DNA of 64,000 nt, taken from contig OY970325.1 in NCBI GenBank assembly GCA_963717145.1, positions 4,480,001 to 4,544,000 on the forward strand, written 5' to 3'. The position numbers and the translations under genes are program-made. Below, piece by piece: positions 40,151 through 49,550 of this stretch. The stretch is from an uncultured Armatimonadetes bacterium (lineage in GTDB: Bacteria > Armatimonadota > UBA5829 > DTJY01). The notes under the pieces were generated by a model, which saw nothing but the letters and a program-made list of their open reading frames with translations, was not told the origin of the DNA and did not search any database. Position 1 is the stretch's first letter; every line of letters begins with the position of its first letter.

Positions 40151-42344
40151 TCACATGGCAGGTCCGCGCGTCCTGGTCGCCATGATCATGCTGCTCGTCC
40201 TGCTGTGCTCGGTTTCGGCCGATGCCCGCCAGACGATCAGCCGCGTCCAGATCACGAGTTCTGCGGCGAATGTGCAGATCGTCGTAAAGGGGAGCAGCCC
40301 GCTCACGATCAGCGACGGACGGCTATCCCAGCACCTGGTGTTCGACATCCAGGGCCACCTGAACAACGATCAGACCAGGCAGGTCAAGATCCAATCAGGG
40401 GAGATCGGCATCGTCAAGTGCGGATGGTACAAGTCGAGTCCGCCGGTTGCAAGAATCGCCGTTTCGGTCTCCAGCAAGCGCCCGTATACGATCAAGTATT
40501 CGAGCGACAAGCACGAGGCCACCATCACAGTAGCGAAGCGTGGGGCTGAACCCGCACTTACGGCCAAGATCCCGGCGCCGGCAAGCAAGGCGCCCAAGCC
40601 TGTGGTCGTTCCCAAGGCTGAGAAGCCTGCGCCTGCGCCTGCGCCTGCTGCCAAGGCCGCAGAGCCCTCGGAGACACTGCTTGCGGTGCAGGGAGAGCAG
40701 CAGACCTGCGCCACGAGTGAACCGGTCGCGGTCGAGCCGGTCAAGGTGGCGGACAAGCCCGTACTCATCGCGAGCACCCGCCCGATCGCCATACACTCCA
40801 CAGCGGTCGAGAGCGCACCCGCCGTCGTGGCGGGGAACAGGGTCAATCTCGACTTTGTCGGCACGGACATACAGGATGTATTGAAGGCGCTGGCTCTGCA
40901 GAGTAACAGCAACATCGTCGCGAGTCCGGAGGTCAAGGGCGAGGTGACTGTCGCGCTGAACAACGTGACGGTCAATGAAGCCCTGAAGCTCGTCACCAAT
41001 CTGAGCGGCTTCAAGTTCCAGCAAGTCGACGGCACCTATGTCGTGGGCACGCCGGGCAACCTCGAGTCGCTGGCAAACGGAGCGGCCCCCCCGGAAGCCG
41101 GGGTAAACCGCGTCGCGGCCGTTGCGATGATCCGACACGCGGATCCCGCCATGCTGTCCAAGATGCTCGCCGCCCAGTTCAAGGGCATGGACGTCTCCAA
41201 CGAATCGGTAGGAGATGCCAAGCAGGGCGTTCCCAATGGAACTAGCATGCTCGTGCTTAGTGGCACGGCGGAGCAGGTCGAGTCCGCCAAGACCCTGGTG
41301 GCCCAGGTCGAGAACTCGCTTGCCACCAATGCCGCTGCCACCGAGATGGATATTTACGAAGTCAAGTACGTAGATATTAACGAAATCGCGGCAGTTCTGG
41401 CATCCTATGTGCCGGGCCTCAGAGTCACCATCGGCCCGAATCAGGGCTTCAACCTGGAGAGCCCGAGAGCACTCTCAATGGGCAACGGCAGTTCAGGCTC
41501 GGGTTCAGGCTCGGGCTCGGGTTCGGGCGGGTCGTCCGCGGCGTCCGCGGCGAAGAACACCGCTCAGGCCAAGACACTCATGCTTCAGGGCAGCGCCGCC
41601 GAGATCGCGAGGGCGAGGGACCTTCTCGCCAAGCTCGACGTTCAGCAGCCGCAGATCGTCATCGAGGCGAAGGTCCTCGATATCAAGAACGACGACTCCA
41701 AGGAACTCGGCATCGAGTGGAGTTGGAACGACGTCGAACTCAGTGAACTGGAGAAGAACCCCAAGAAGGAGCCGATCGGGATAACGCTCGGCAAGTTCAA
41801 TCGTTGGCCGGAAACCATCATCGCCAAGGTGAATGCGCTCGTGACCACCGGTAAGGCGAAAGTCCTCGCGAATCCGAGCGTCTCGGCCCTGGACGGCAAG
41901 CCGGCCAGCATCTTCATCGGCGACGAGTTCAAGTACGTCATCAACATCCAGCAGACACCGACCGGCGTCAACGTGACGACCGAGACGGCCCTTGTCGGCG
42001 TGCAGCTTCACGCCATCAGCAGGGTCAGCTCGGACGGCTTCATCACCATGGACCTGCACCCGGAAGTCAGCGTGATCACCGATTTCATCGAGTTGCCGTC
42101 CGTCGGTCTGTCGCTGCCTGAGATATCGAGACGGTATGTCGACAGCACTATCCGCATCAAGGACGGCGAGACCATTGTCATCGGCGGCCTGATCAAGGAC
42201 ACGGAGATCGAAACCATGTCCGGCATCCCGATCCTCAAGGATCTGCCGTTGATCGGCGCTCTGTTCAGGAGCCGTGAGACGCAGAAAGATCACTCGGAGA
42301 TCATGATGTTCATCACTCCGCGGATCCTGACGTCCAGTCCGTAG
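40128..42344 (+). CDS. pilQ: Secretin (PilQ/GspD-like) with AMIN-like N-terminus
   Basis: VNLDFVGTDIQDVL, PQIVIEAKV, AKVLANP, KDGETIVIGGL, IPILKDLPLIGALF, MFITPRI. Confidence 0.9.
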   Translation: MQAKGHVNHMAGPRVLVAMIMLLVLLCSVSADARQTISRVQITSSAANVQIVVKGSSPLTISDGRLSQHLVFDIQGHLNNDQTRQVKIQSGEIGIVKCGWYKSSPPVARIAVSVSSKRPYTIKYSSDKHEATITVAKRGAEPALTAKIPAPASKAPKPVVVPKAEKPAPAPAPAAKAAEPSETLLAVQGEQQTCATSEPVAVEPVKVADKPVLIASTRPIAIHSTAVESAPAVVAGNRVNLDFVGTDIQDVLKALALQSNSNIVASPEVKGEVTVALNNVTVNEALKLVTNLSGFKFQQVDGTYVVGTPGNLESLANGAAPPEAGVNRVAAVAMIRHADPAMLSKMLAAQFKGMDVSNESVGDAKQGVPNGTSMLVLSGTAEQVESAKTLVAQVENSLATNAAATEMDIYEVKYVDINEIAAVLASYVPGLRVTIGPNQGFNLESPRALSMGNGSSGSGSGSGSGSGGSSAASAAKNTAQAKTLMLQGSAAEIARARDLLAKLDVQQPQIVIEAKVLDIKNDDSKELGIEWSWNDVELSELEKNPKKEPIGITLGKFNRWPETIIAKVNALVTTGKAKVLANPSVSALDGKPASIFIGDEFKYVINIQQTPTGVNVTTETALVGVQLHAISRVSSDGFITMDLHPEVSVITDFIELPSVGLSLPEISRRYVDSTIRIKDGETIVIGGLIKDTEIETMSGIPILKDLPLIGALFRSRETQKDHSEIMMFITPRILTSSP

Positions 42345-42451
42345 TCCGATTCTTCCCATGGGGCCTACGGGCCCCATGGGTTCCATTTCGGTTCAGACAG
42401 AGGGCGGGTCAGCCCGCCCTCACATTAGTCTTTACCAGATCGAGATCGCAG

Positions 42452-44173
42452 ATGCAGAAAAAGTCAATCGGTGACCTCTTCGTAAGCGCCGATCTGATAA
42501 CTGAAGAGCAGCTCAGCCAGGCACTCGAGAAGCAACGCCAGCTTGGAACCGGGGAGACAATCGGCGATGTTCTCGTGAGCATGGGGCTGATCACAGACCG
42601 CGACAGGGCCCGGTGTCTCGGCGTGCATTGGGGCGTCCAGTACGTGGATCTGACCGACTATCCTATCGATCAGGAGACGGTGCGGTGCATATCTCAGGAT
42701 ATCGCCCGCCGGTACAAGGCCATCCCGATCGCCAGGAACAACGGTCATATCACCATGGCGATGAAGAACCCGCTCGACATCTTCGCCATAGATGAGGTCC
42801 GACTCATCACGGGCCTGGATGTCGAACCGGTCATCGCCACGGAAGAGGATATCCAGGCAGCGATCGGCAGCCACTATGAGAGCACTCAGTCGGCCGAAGC
42901 TGTCAGTGAGCTTATCGACAATATCGAGACCGCGGAGATCGCACTCGGTGGGGGCGACGAGAACCAGGAAGACGACGTCAGCATCGAAGAGCTGAGGGAA
43001 CTCAGCGAAGAAGCTCCGATCGTCCGGCTCTCCAACCTGATACTGAATCGTGGCATATCGGACAAGTGCAGCGACATCCACCTCGAGCCCGGGAGGACAT
43101 CGCTCCGAGTTCGGTTCAGAATCGACGGAATACTGCAGGACGGCCTGCTCGTGCCGAAGAAGGCGCAGGCGTCGCTCATCTCGCGCATCAAGATCATGGC
43201 CGAGATGGACATCGCTGAGAAACGGGCGCCGCAGGACGGCCGAATCAGCGCCATGGTGGAGGGCAAGCAGTACGACTTCCGCGTCTCCACGTTGCCGTCG
43301 GTCTACGGCGAAAAGGTCGTTCTCCGAGTCCTCGACAAGAGCTCGATCATGATCGGGCTCAGCAAGCTGGGATTTCTGCCGCAGACTCAGGAGATGTTCG
43401 AGTCGATCATCAGTCGGAGCTACGGCATCATTCTGGTAACCGGTCCGACAGGCAGCGGCAAGTCGACGACGCTTTACTCGGTGCTCAGCAAGCTGAACTC
43501 CAGCGAGAAGAACATCCTGACTATCGAGGACCCGGTTGAGTACGAGCTTGCAGGCATCACTCAGACTCAGGTCAACGTGAAAGCCGGCCTCACTTTCGCC
43601 AGCGGGCTCCGGACCATGCTGCGACAGGACCCGAACATCATCATGGTCGGTGAGATTCGAGACAAGGAGACCGCGACCATTGCTATCGAGGCGGCGCTCA
43701 CCGGACACCTGGTGCTTTCGACTTTGCACACCAATGATGCACCGGGCGCCGTCACGAGACTTCAGGAGATGGGAGTCGAGTCGTTTCTCATCGCATCCTC
43801 CGTCGTCGGCGTACTGGCGCAGAGGCTGCTGAGGATGATCTGCGTGAAGTGCAAGGAGACTTACACCCCGCCGAGAGACGCGATCCGGCGGCTCGGCATG
43901 AACGTCGACGAGGGATCCGAGGTGACGTTCTGTCGTGGAAAGGGCTGTGACCACTGCAAGGGTACCGGCTATAAGGGCAGGATCGGCATCTATGAGCTGA
44001 TGCCGATAACCGACAAGATTCGCGATCTGATACTGGCTCGGTCTTCCTCCTTCACCGTGAAGGAAGCCGCCATCGAGGCCGGTATGAAGACGCTTCGAGA
44101 TGATGCCATGGAGAAGATCCTCCTCGGACTGACAACGCTGGAGGAATCCCTGAGGGTTATCTACTCCGGCTAG
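42452..44173 (+). CDS. pilB: Type IV pilus assembly ATPase PilB/GspE with MshEN-like N-domain
   Basis: SDIHLEP, PQDGRI, GPTGSGKSTT, LRQDPNIIMVGEIRD, tetracysteine motif. Confidence 0.95.
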   Translation: MQKKSIGDLFVSADLITEEQLSQALEKQRQLGTGETIGDVLVSMGLITDRDRARCLGVHWGVQYVDLTDYPIDQETVRCISQDIARRYKAIPIARNNGHITMAMKNPLDIFAIDEVRLITGLDVEPVIATEEDIQAAIGSHYESTQSAEAVSELIDNIETAEIALGGGDENQEDDVSIEELRELSEEAPIVRLSNLILNRGISDKCSDIHLEPGRTSLRVRFRIDGILQDGLLVPKKAQASLISRIKIMAEMDIAEKRAPQDGRISAMVEGKQYDFRVSTLPSVYGEKVVLRVLDKSSIMIGLSKLGFLPQTQEMFESIISRSYGIILVTGPTGSGKSTTLYSVLSKLNSSEKNILTIEDPVEYELAGITQTQVNVKAGLTFASGLRTMLRQDPNIIMVGEIRDKETATIAIEAALTGHLVLSTLHTNDAPGAVTRLQEMGVESFLIASSVVGVLAQRLLRMICVKCKETYTPPRDAIRRLGMNVDEGSEVTFCRGKGCDHCKGTGYKGRIGIYELMPITDKIRDLILARSSSFTVKEAAIEAGMKTLRDDAMEKILLGLTTLEESLRVIYSG

Positions 44174-44179
44174 TCGCCT

Positions 44180-44234
44180 TGGAATGCGGCGGCTCGATCC
44201 TGAACTTGATTCAGGATCAAGCCGCCGCATTCCA
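44180..44234. repeat. GGA(A/G)TGCGGCGGC palindrome
   Basis: tggaatgcggcggctcgatcctgaacttgattcaggatcaagccgccgcattcca. Confidence 0.85.
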
Positions 44235-44252
44235 GAGCAAGGAGATATCATA

Positions 44253-45386
44253 ATGCAGGAAATCGATCTTCTGAGCGTGTTGGACGAAGAGCCGGAGTTG
44301 GTGAACCCGGACGGCAAGCCCGTCGCCGATGTCCACATAGATGACCTTCTCCGTCTCGGATGCGAGATGGGCGGCTCGGATATCCACCTCACAGTCGGTC
44401 TCCCGCCGATGGTCAGGTGCGACGGACATCTTGTGGCGACGCCTTACGCCGAACTGGGCCAGAGGGATACCCAGAGGCTCATCTACGACATCCTGACGAA
44501 CGATCAGATCCAGTGGTTCGAGAAGACACGCGAATTGGACTTCTCGTACGGCCTCAAGAACGCCGGCCGGTTCAGGATCAATGTCTACAGGCAGCGGAGT
44601 TCGATCGGCGTGGCCATGCGCGCAATCCCGAGCAAGATCCCGACCATGGAACAGCTCGGTTTGCCGGATATCCTTCGGGCATTGACTCGCAAGCACAGCG
44701 GACTCATCCTGGTCACGGGGCCGACCGGAAGCGGCAAATCGACGACCATCGCGACGATGGTCGACACGATCAACTGCGAGCGAAGCGGCCATATCATGAC
44801 AATCGAGGACCCGATCGAGTATCTGCATTATCACAAGAAGTGCATGGTCAACCAGCGCGAGTTGAACACCGACACTGATTCGTTCGAGAATGCGCTCCGT
44901 GCCATCCTGCGCGAGGACCCGGATGTCATCCTGGTGGGTGAAATGCGAGACTTGGAGACCATCGCCGCGGCCCTGACCCTGGCGGAAACCGGTCACCTCG
45001 TGTTCGGCACGCTGCATACGAGGAATGCGCCCCAGACGATCGACCGCGTCGTCGACGTATTCCCGGCGCATCAGCAGGACCAGATCAAGGTCCAGCTCTC
45101 GAACACCCTCGAGGCGGTCGTCGCCCAGCAGCTCATCCCGAGAGTCGGGGGCGGACGTTATGCCGCCATCGAGATCATGGTCGCCAATCCGGCGATCCGG
45201 AACCTCATCCGGGAAGGCAAGACGTACCAGATCTACTCCTCGATCGAGACGGGCGGCCAGTTGGGGATGCAGGCGATGGACCGCGTCCTGGCGGATGCGC
45301 ACAGGAACGGCGCCATCAGTTTCGAGGAAGCCATAAGCAGGGCGATAGATCGCGACAACTTCAGCCGGCTACTGAACGGCGGTTGA
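44253..45386 (+). CDS. pilT: Twitching motility retraction ATPase PilT
   Basis: SDIHLTVG, GPTGSGKSTT, LREDPDVILVGEMRD, AIRNLIRE signature. Confidence 0.97.
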   Translation: MQEIDLLSVLDEEPELVNPDGKPVADVHIDDLLRLGCEMGGSDIHLTVGLPPMVRCDGHLVATPYAELGQRDTQRLIYDILTNDQIQWFEKTRELDFSYGLKNAGRFRINVYRQRSSIGVAMRAIPSKIPTMEQLGLPDILRALTRKHSGLILVTGPTGSGKSTTIATMVDTINCERSGHIMTIEDPIEYLHYHKKCMVNQRELNTDTDSFENALRAILREDPDVILVGEMRDLETIAAALTLAETGHLVFGTLHTRNAPQTIDRVVDVFPAHQQDQIKVQLSNTLEAVVAQQLIPRVGGGRYAAIEIMVANPAIRNLIREGKTYQIYSSIETGGQLGMQAMDRVLADAHRNGAISFEEAISRAIDRDNFSRLLNGG

Positions 45387-45390
45387 TCAC

Positions 45391-45616
45391 CCGTAGGGGC
45401 GGTGCTTCTACGCCCGCCCGAGACGGGAGGCCGTTGAAGGCCTCCCCTACGGCACGAGCCGAGACGGGAGGCCGTTGAAGGCCTCCTCTACGGCACGAGC
45501 CGAGACGGGAGGCCGTTGAAGGCCTCCTCTACGGCACGAGCCGAGACGGGAGGCCGTTGAAGGCCTCCCCTACGGCACGAGCCGAGACGGGAGGCCGTTG
45601 AAGGCCTCCCCTACGG
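45391..45616. repeat. REP tandem array: one degenerate GTAG unit, then five 41-bp inverted units
   Basis: gagacgggaggccgttgaaggcctcc(c/t)ctacggcacgagcc at 45420, 45461, 45502, 45543, 45584 (last lacks the linker). Confidence 0.93.
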
Positions 45617-45646
45617 GGCAAGAGATGACTGGAAGGGAAAAGCAAC

Positions 45647-46858
45647 ATGTCCACATTTGCATATACGGCGGTTGATCCGTCAGGCAGGTCCGTCAGGGGC
45701 AAGATAGACGCCGACAATCAGCAGTTGGTGCTCTCCAAGCTCCACGACCAGAAGTACCACGTGCTGGAGATCCGCGAGTCCGGCAGAGGCCTCTCGGTTC
45801 TCTCCGGATTCAACAAGTACAAGAAGCTGAAGCTCCAGACGCTCGTCGTCTTCAGCCGTCAGTTTGCCACCATGATCGACGCGGGCATCAGCATCATCAA
45901 GTGTCTCGACATCCTGGAGAACCAGACGAAGGATGAGGTCCTCAAGCCGGTCATCGGGCAGTCGATGCGCGATGTCAAGAGCGGAATGAGCCTCACCGAT
46001 GCGTTCGCCAAGCACACGAACGTGTTCTCGAAGCTCTATGTGAACATGATCCGTGCGGCGGAACTCGGTGGCGTGCTGGACGCCGTCCTGGACAGGCTCG
46101 CGGGTTTCCTCGAGACCGAGATGGAGATTCGGACGAAGATCAAGTCCGCGATGATGTATCCGATCATCGTCCTGATCTTCTCGTTCCTGATGATCTGCGC
46201 GCTCTTCCTGTTCGTTCTGCCGAAGTTCAAGGAGATCTTCACCAGCATGAACGTCGAGATGCCGCCGGCCACGCGCCTGCTTTTCGACGGCGCCTCCTTG
46301 TTCAAGGCCTACTGGTACATACCGTTCGGCCTGATTGTGGGCGGCACGATCTTCATCCGGTGGTATGGCAAGAAGCCGCAGGGACGATTCCACATAGATT
46401 TCCTTAAGTTGAAGGCGCCGATCGTCGGCGACATTGTGCAGAAGATGGCGATCTCCAGATTTGCCCGCACGTTCGGCACTCTCGTGAGCAGCGGCGTTCC
46501 GATGATGCGAGCGCTCGAGATCGTCGGCGAGACGTCCGGCAACTCGGTCATCTGCAAGGCGATCGAAACGGCGCGCGAGAGTGTCCGCGAGGGGCAGAAG
46601 ATCAGCGCTCCGCTCGAATCGAGCGGCATGTTCCCGACTATGGTGACGCACATGATCGACGTCGGCGAGGAAACAGGTCGCCTGAGCGAGATGCTCATCA
46701 AAGTCTCCGATTTCTACGACAAGGAGATCGACGCTGCTGTGAAGGGCTTGACCTCGATGATCGAGCCTCTGTTGATCGTCTTCATGGGTGTCGTCGTCGG
46801 CTTCATTGCCGTATCGGTCATGGGCCCGATATTCAAGCTCGTCAGCAGCATAGGATAA
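45647..46858 (+). CDS. pilC: Type IV pilus platform protein PilC/GspF
   Basis: FSRQFATMIDAG, KIKSAMMYP, GEETGRLSEML, IEPLLIV. Confidence 0.95.
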   Translation: MSTFAYTAVDPSGRSVRGKIDADNQQLVLSKLHDQKYHVLEIRESGRGLSVLSGFNKYKKLKLQTLVVFSRQFATMIDAGISIIKCLDILENQTKDEVLKPVIGQSMRDVKSGMSLTDAFAKHTNVFSKLYVNMIRAAELGGVLDAVLDRLAGFLETEMEIRTKIKSAMMYPIIVLIFSFLMICALFLFVLPKFKEIFTSMNVEMPPATRLLFDGASLFKAYWYIPFGLIVGGTIFIRWYGKKPQGRFHIDFLKLKAPIVGDIVQKMAISRFARTFGTLVSSGVPMMRALEIVGETSGNSVICKAIETARESVREGQKISAPLESSGMFPTMVTHMIDVGEETGRLSEMLIKVSDFYDKEIDAAVKGLTSMIEPLLIVFMGVVVGFIAVSVMGPIFKLVSSIG

Positions 46859-46861
46859 GTG

Positions 46862-46954
46862 GTAGGAGGGGTTTTCCGGGATGACTGTGCCCGGTAACCC
46901 CGAAGCCATCGATCGGGGTTACCGGGCACAGTCATCCCGGAAAACCCCTCCTAC
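46862..46954. repeat. GTAGGAGGG..CCGGGATG palindrome
   Basis: Perfect inverted arms of about 42 bp. Confidence 0.9.
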
Positions 46955-46985
46955 GTGAAGCATCCGGGGAAGGAATACCGCAGAA

Positions 46986-48302
46986 GTGGCAAAGGAAAGG
47001 CTGTCAGAGCAAGAAATACATAAACTCCTGGCCGAGTATCTGAAGGACGGCGATATACGCCTCCGCGATCAGGTGGTCCATCAGTACCGCAACCTCGTGG
47101 AGAGCATCGCCCGTCGGTTCGCCAATTCGGCGGAGCCGCTGGAAGACCTTGTCCAGGAGGGGTATATCGGCCTGATCATCGCGGCCGACAGGTACAACGG
47201 CGATAAGGGGGTGAAGTTTTCAACTTACGCCACCCACTTCATCATCGGCCAGATCAAGCACGCGCTCAGAGACCGCGGCAAGATCATCAAGGAGCCTGCC
47301 TGGCTGCAGGAACTGAACTACAGGATGGATGGAGTGATCAACGCTCTCTACCAGGAACTCGGCCGTCAGCCGACGGACACCGAGATCGGGCGAGTCATGC
47401 ATCTCCCCGAGGAGCAGGTGGCGGGTCTCCTGACGACGCGCGAGGTCTTCAAAGTCACATCGCTCGATCTGGATCCGGACGAGAACTCGAACAGCGGAGT
47501 GGATCTGGACAAGGTGAAGGACGACAAGTGCACCACCTTCCAGCTCCCCATCGAGGACAAGATCGTTCTCGAGACGGCGATGGACAAGCTCAAGATCATC
47601 GAGCAGAAGGTCATTCAGGAGTCCTACTACACGGGTTTGAGCCAGACGGAGATCGCAAAGGCGCTCGGCATCTCCTGCAACTATGTTTCCCATATCCTCC
47701 GGAACGGTACCAAGAAGCTCAGGCGGATACTGATCACCGAGGAAGTGAAGGAGACTCAGGTCCAGCGACAACTCGCCAGCCGCAGGTCCGACAAGACCGC
47801 AGAGGACATGGAGTCGGCGGTCGTGGACGCCGTGACCGGGCTATATACCGCCGCGTACATATCCGAACGTCTGCAGGAAGAGGTGAGCCGCGCCTCGCGT
47901 GCCCACGCAGAGCTGTCGTTTGCGATCCTGGCAGTCGATGACTTCGAGGAGTTCAGGAGCAGGTGTGGTCTGATGCGCACGGAGGATATCCTGTACGCGA
48001 TGACGGGCATTCTCAAAGAGGCGGTCCGCAAGTGTGACATCATCGGCAGGCTCGGAGATGCCGAGTTTGCGCTGATCATGCCGTATACCGGTCAGCAGAG
48101 CCGCAAGGTCTGCGCTCGTGTCTGCAAGGCGCTCACTCAGGCCACATTCGAAACGACGAGGAATGCCCCGGCGGCGCAGTTCGAAGTCCACTCCGGCTGC
48201 TCGGTGTATCCGTCCGACGCGCGATCGGCCCGCAAGTTGATCTCGTTGGCGCGAACGGAACTGGAAAGGGTCATCCCGATCGAGCTTCCCAAGGCGGCTT
48301 AG
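46986..48302 (+). CDS. SigB/F/G-like sigma-70 factor fused to a degenerate GGDEF domain
   Basis: DLVQEGYIGL, KFSTYA..IIGQIKHALRD, LGRQPT, LSQTEIAKALGISCNYVS; then DAVTGLY...RKCDIIGRLGDAEF...SGCSVYP. Confidence 0.88.
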   Translation: MAKERLSEQEIHKLLAEYLKDGDIRLRDQVVHQYRNLVESIARRFANSAEPLEDLVQEGYIGLIIAADRYNGDKGVKFSTYATHFIIGQIKHALRDRGKIIKEPAWLQELNYRMDGVINALYQELGRQPTDTEIGRVMHLPEEQVAGLLTTREVFKVTSLDLDPDENSNSGVDLDKVKDDKCTTFQLPIEDKIVLETAMDKLKIIEQKVIQESYYTGLSQTEIAKALGISCNYVSHILRNGTKKLRRILITEEVKETQVQRQLASRRSDKTAEDMESAVVDAVTGLYTAAYISERLQEEVSRASRAHAELSFAILAVDDFEEFRSRCGLMRTEDILYAMTGILKEAVRKCDIIGRLGDAEFALIMPYTGQQSRKVCARVCKALTQATFETTRNAPAAQFEVHSGCSVYPSDARSARKLISLARTELERVIPIELPKAA

Positions 48303-48381
48303 GGAATGGTTGATGGCTGATGGGGAATGGTTAATGGCGGAGCATCCCCCATTAACCATTCCCCATCAGCCATCAACCATC
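48302..48381. repeat. Inverted ATGGTTG / CCATCAA heptamer repeats between convergent genes
   Basis: atggttgatggctgatggggaatggttaatgg...ccattaaccattccccatcagccatcaaccat. Confidence 0.85.
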
Positions 48382-49158
48382 AGATGTCATGTCCCACCAC
48401 TCGCGGAGCTTGTCACGGCTGTGGTAGAGATACTCGCGATCGCCCGCGAAGACCTCCAGAGTGATCGTGCGGTCATATCCCACACGCTTCAGGATGTGAA
48501 TCACCCACTTCCAGTCGATCTTCCCGACCCCCAGTGGCAGATGCAGGTCGAGGTTGCCGCCGTTGTTGTCCGAGAAATGCACGTGTCGGAGTCTGTCGGC
48601 GAAAAGCGATGCCAACTCAACGGTCATGTTGTGCTCGTTCTCGAGGTTCGCGTGACCGACGTCGAGGTGGAATCTGAGGTCCGGCACGGCTGCGAAGACC
48701 TCTGACAGGTCTCTGGGCGAGTTGAAATTCGGCGGCATGTTCTCCAGCATCAGTTCGAGGCCCGACTCTCGTGCCTTCGCGCTGAGGTGGCGAAAAGCGT
48801 CGATGTTGGACTCCCGGATCCAGCGGTTATCGTGGAGCGGCGCCCGGATGAATGGATGGATGTTGACGAACTCGGTCCCCAGTTCGCCGAAGATCAGGAT
48901 GTCACGCTCGATCTCCTGTATGGCCGCCTCACGAACCTCGGGCATCGGAGTCGCGATCGGCAGGTAGTACGCGGTGTGGCCGACGATCCCGAGCCCGGCA
49001 TCCTCCAGCGCTCTCTTGACATCCGGCACCGAAAGCGTGCCCGAGTACGCCTTCTGCGGCTCGAGCGTCAGGTCGATGAAATCGAACCCGGCGTCGGCGA
49101 AGGATCGGATCTCACCGACTACGTCGTGCATCGGATGGTTCATCGCACCGATTCGCAT
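48373..49158 (-). CDS. Sugar phosphate isomerase/epimerase family protein
   Basis: GFDFIDL, LMLENMP, HLDVGHA, HVHFSDN..DLHLPLG, ITLEVF. Confidence 0.88.
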   Translation of the reverse strand: MRIGAMNHPMHDVVGEIRSFADAGFDFIDLTLEPQKAYSGTLSVPDVKRALEDAGLGIVGHTAYYLPIATPMPEVREAAIQEIERDILIFGELGTEFVNIHPFIRAPLHDNRWIRESNIDAFRHLSAKARESGLELMLENMPPNFNSPRDLSEVFAAVPDLRFHLDVGHANLENEHNMTVELASLFADRLRHVHFSDNNGGNLDLHLPLGVGKIDWKWVIHILKRVGYDRTITLEVFAGDREYLYHSRDKLREWWDMTSDG

Positions 49159-49179
49159 CTCTACTCCTCAGTCTCCGCG

Positions 49180-49550
49180 CCCCTCCTTACGAAGGAGGGG
49201 CCGGCCAGCAGGCCGGGGGAGGTTCGCTTGGCGATCTTGGCTTCTTCCTTGAAAACGCTGGTTCGGGCGGATTTGTAATCCAGCCCGCATTGGCAATCTG
49301 GGGATCTGTGATCCTGCGACGGCCGGGATGGCATCACAGATGCCGGTTTGCCATCGGGTGCTGGATTACAAATCCGCACCAACCAATGTTCTCATCCGCT
49401 GCTATGAATGGTCCGCCTGGCGATCTTGGCGTCTTGGCGGTTCCAACTCTTGGGCCGCGGACGCAGAAACCCCCTCGGCCCAGAGGCCGGTCCCCCTTCG
49501 TAAGGGGGACATCTCCGTCGCCACGATGTCCCCTCTTGATGGGGACATCT
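49180..49550. repeat. Intergenic mosaic of several palindromic repeat families
   Basis: cccctccttacgaaggagggg; gcggatttgtaatccagc...gctggattacaaatccgc; cttggcgtcttggcggtt; gtcccccttcgtaagggggac; gtcccctcttgatggggac. Confidence 0.82.

Noticed and set aside
41489-41530. GGCTCG/GGTTCA repeats in the secretin, and GCCTGC repeats near 40625
   Set aside because: Ordinary Gly-Ser and Pro-Ala linkers.
44184-44252. Longer starts for pilT (44184), pilN (37976), vWA (21999) and GH (8024)
   Set aside because: The extensions run through intergenic palindromes; downstream starts have better RBS or family-typical N-termini.
42464-44392. Long antisense ORFs (also 11983-13719, 19927-21486, 29491-31086, 6501-7820, 63290-63886)
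   Set aside because: Shadow frames of well-supported high-GC genes with no recognisable motifs.
45420-45616. Possible CRISPR array
   Set aside because: Linkers between the palindromic units are identical, no cas genes are present, and the unit is a dispersed REP family.
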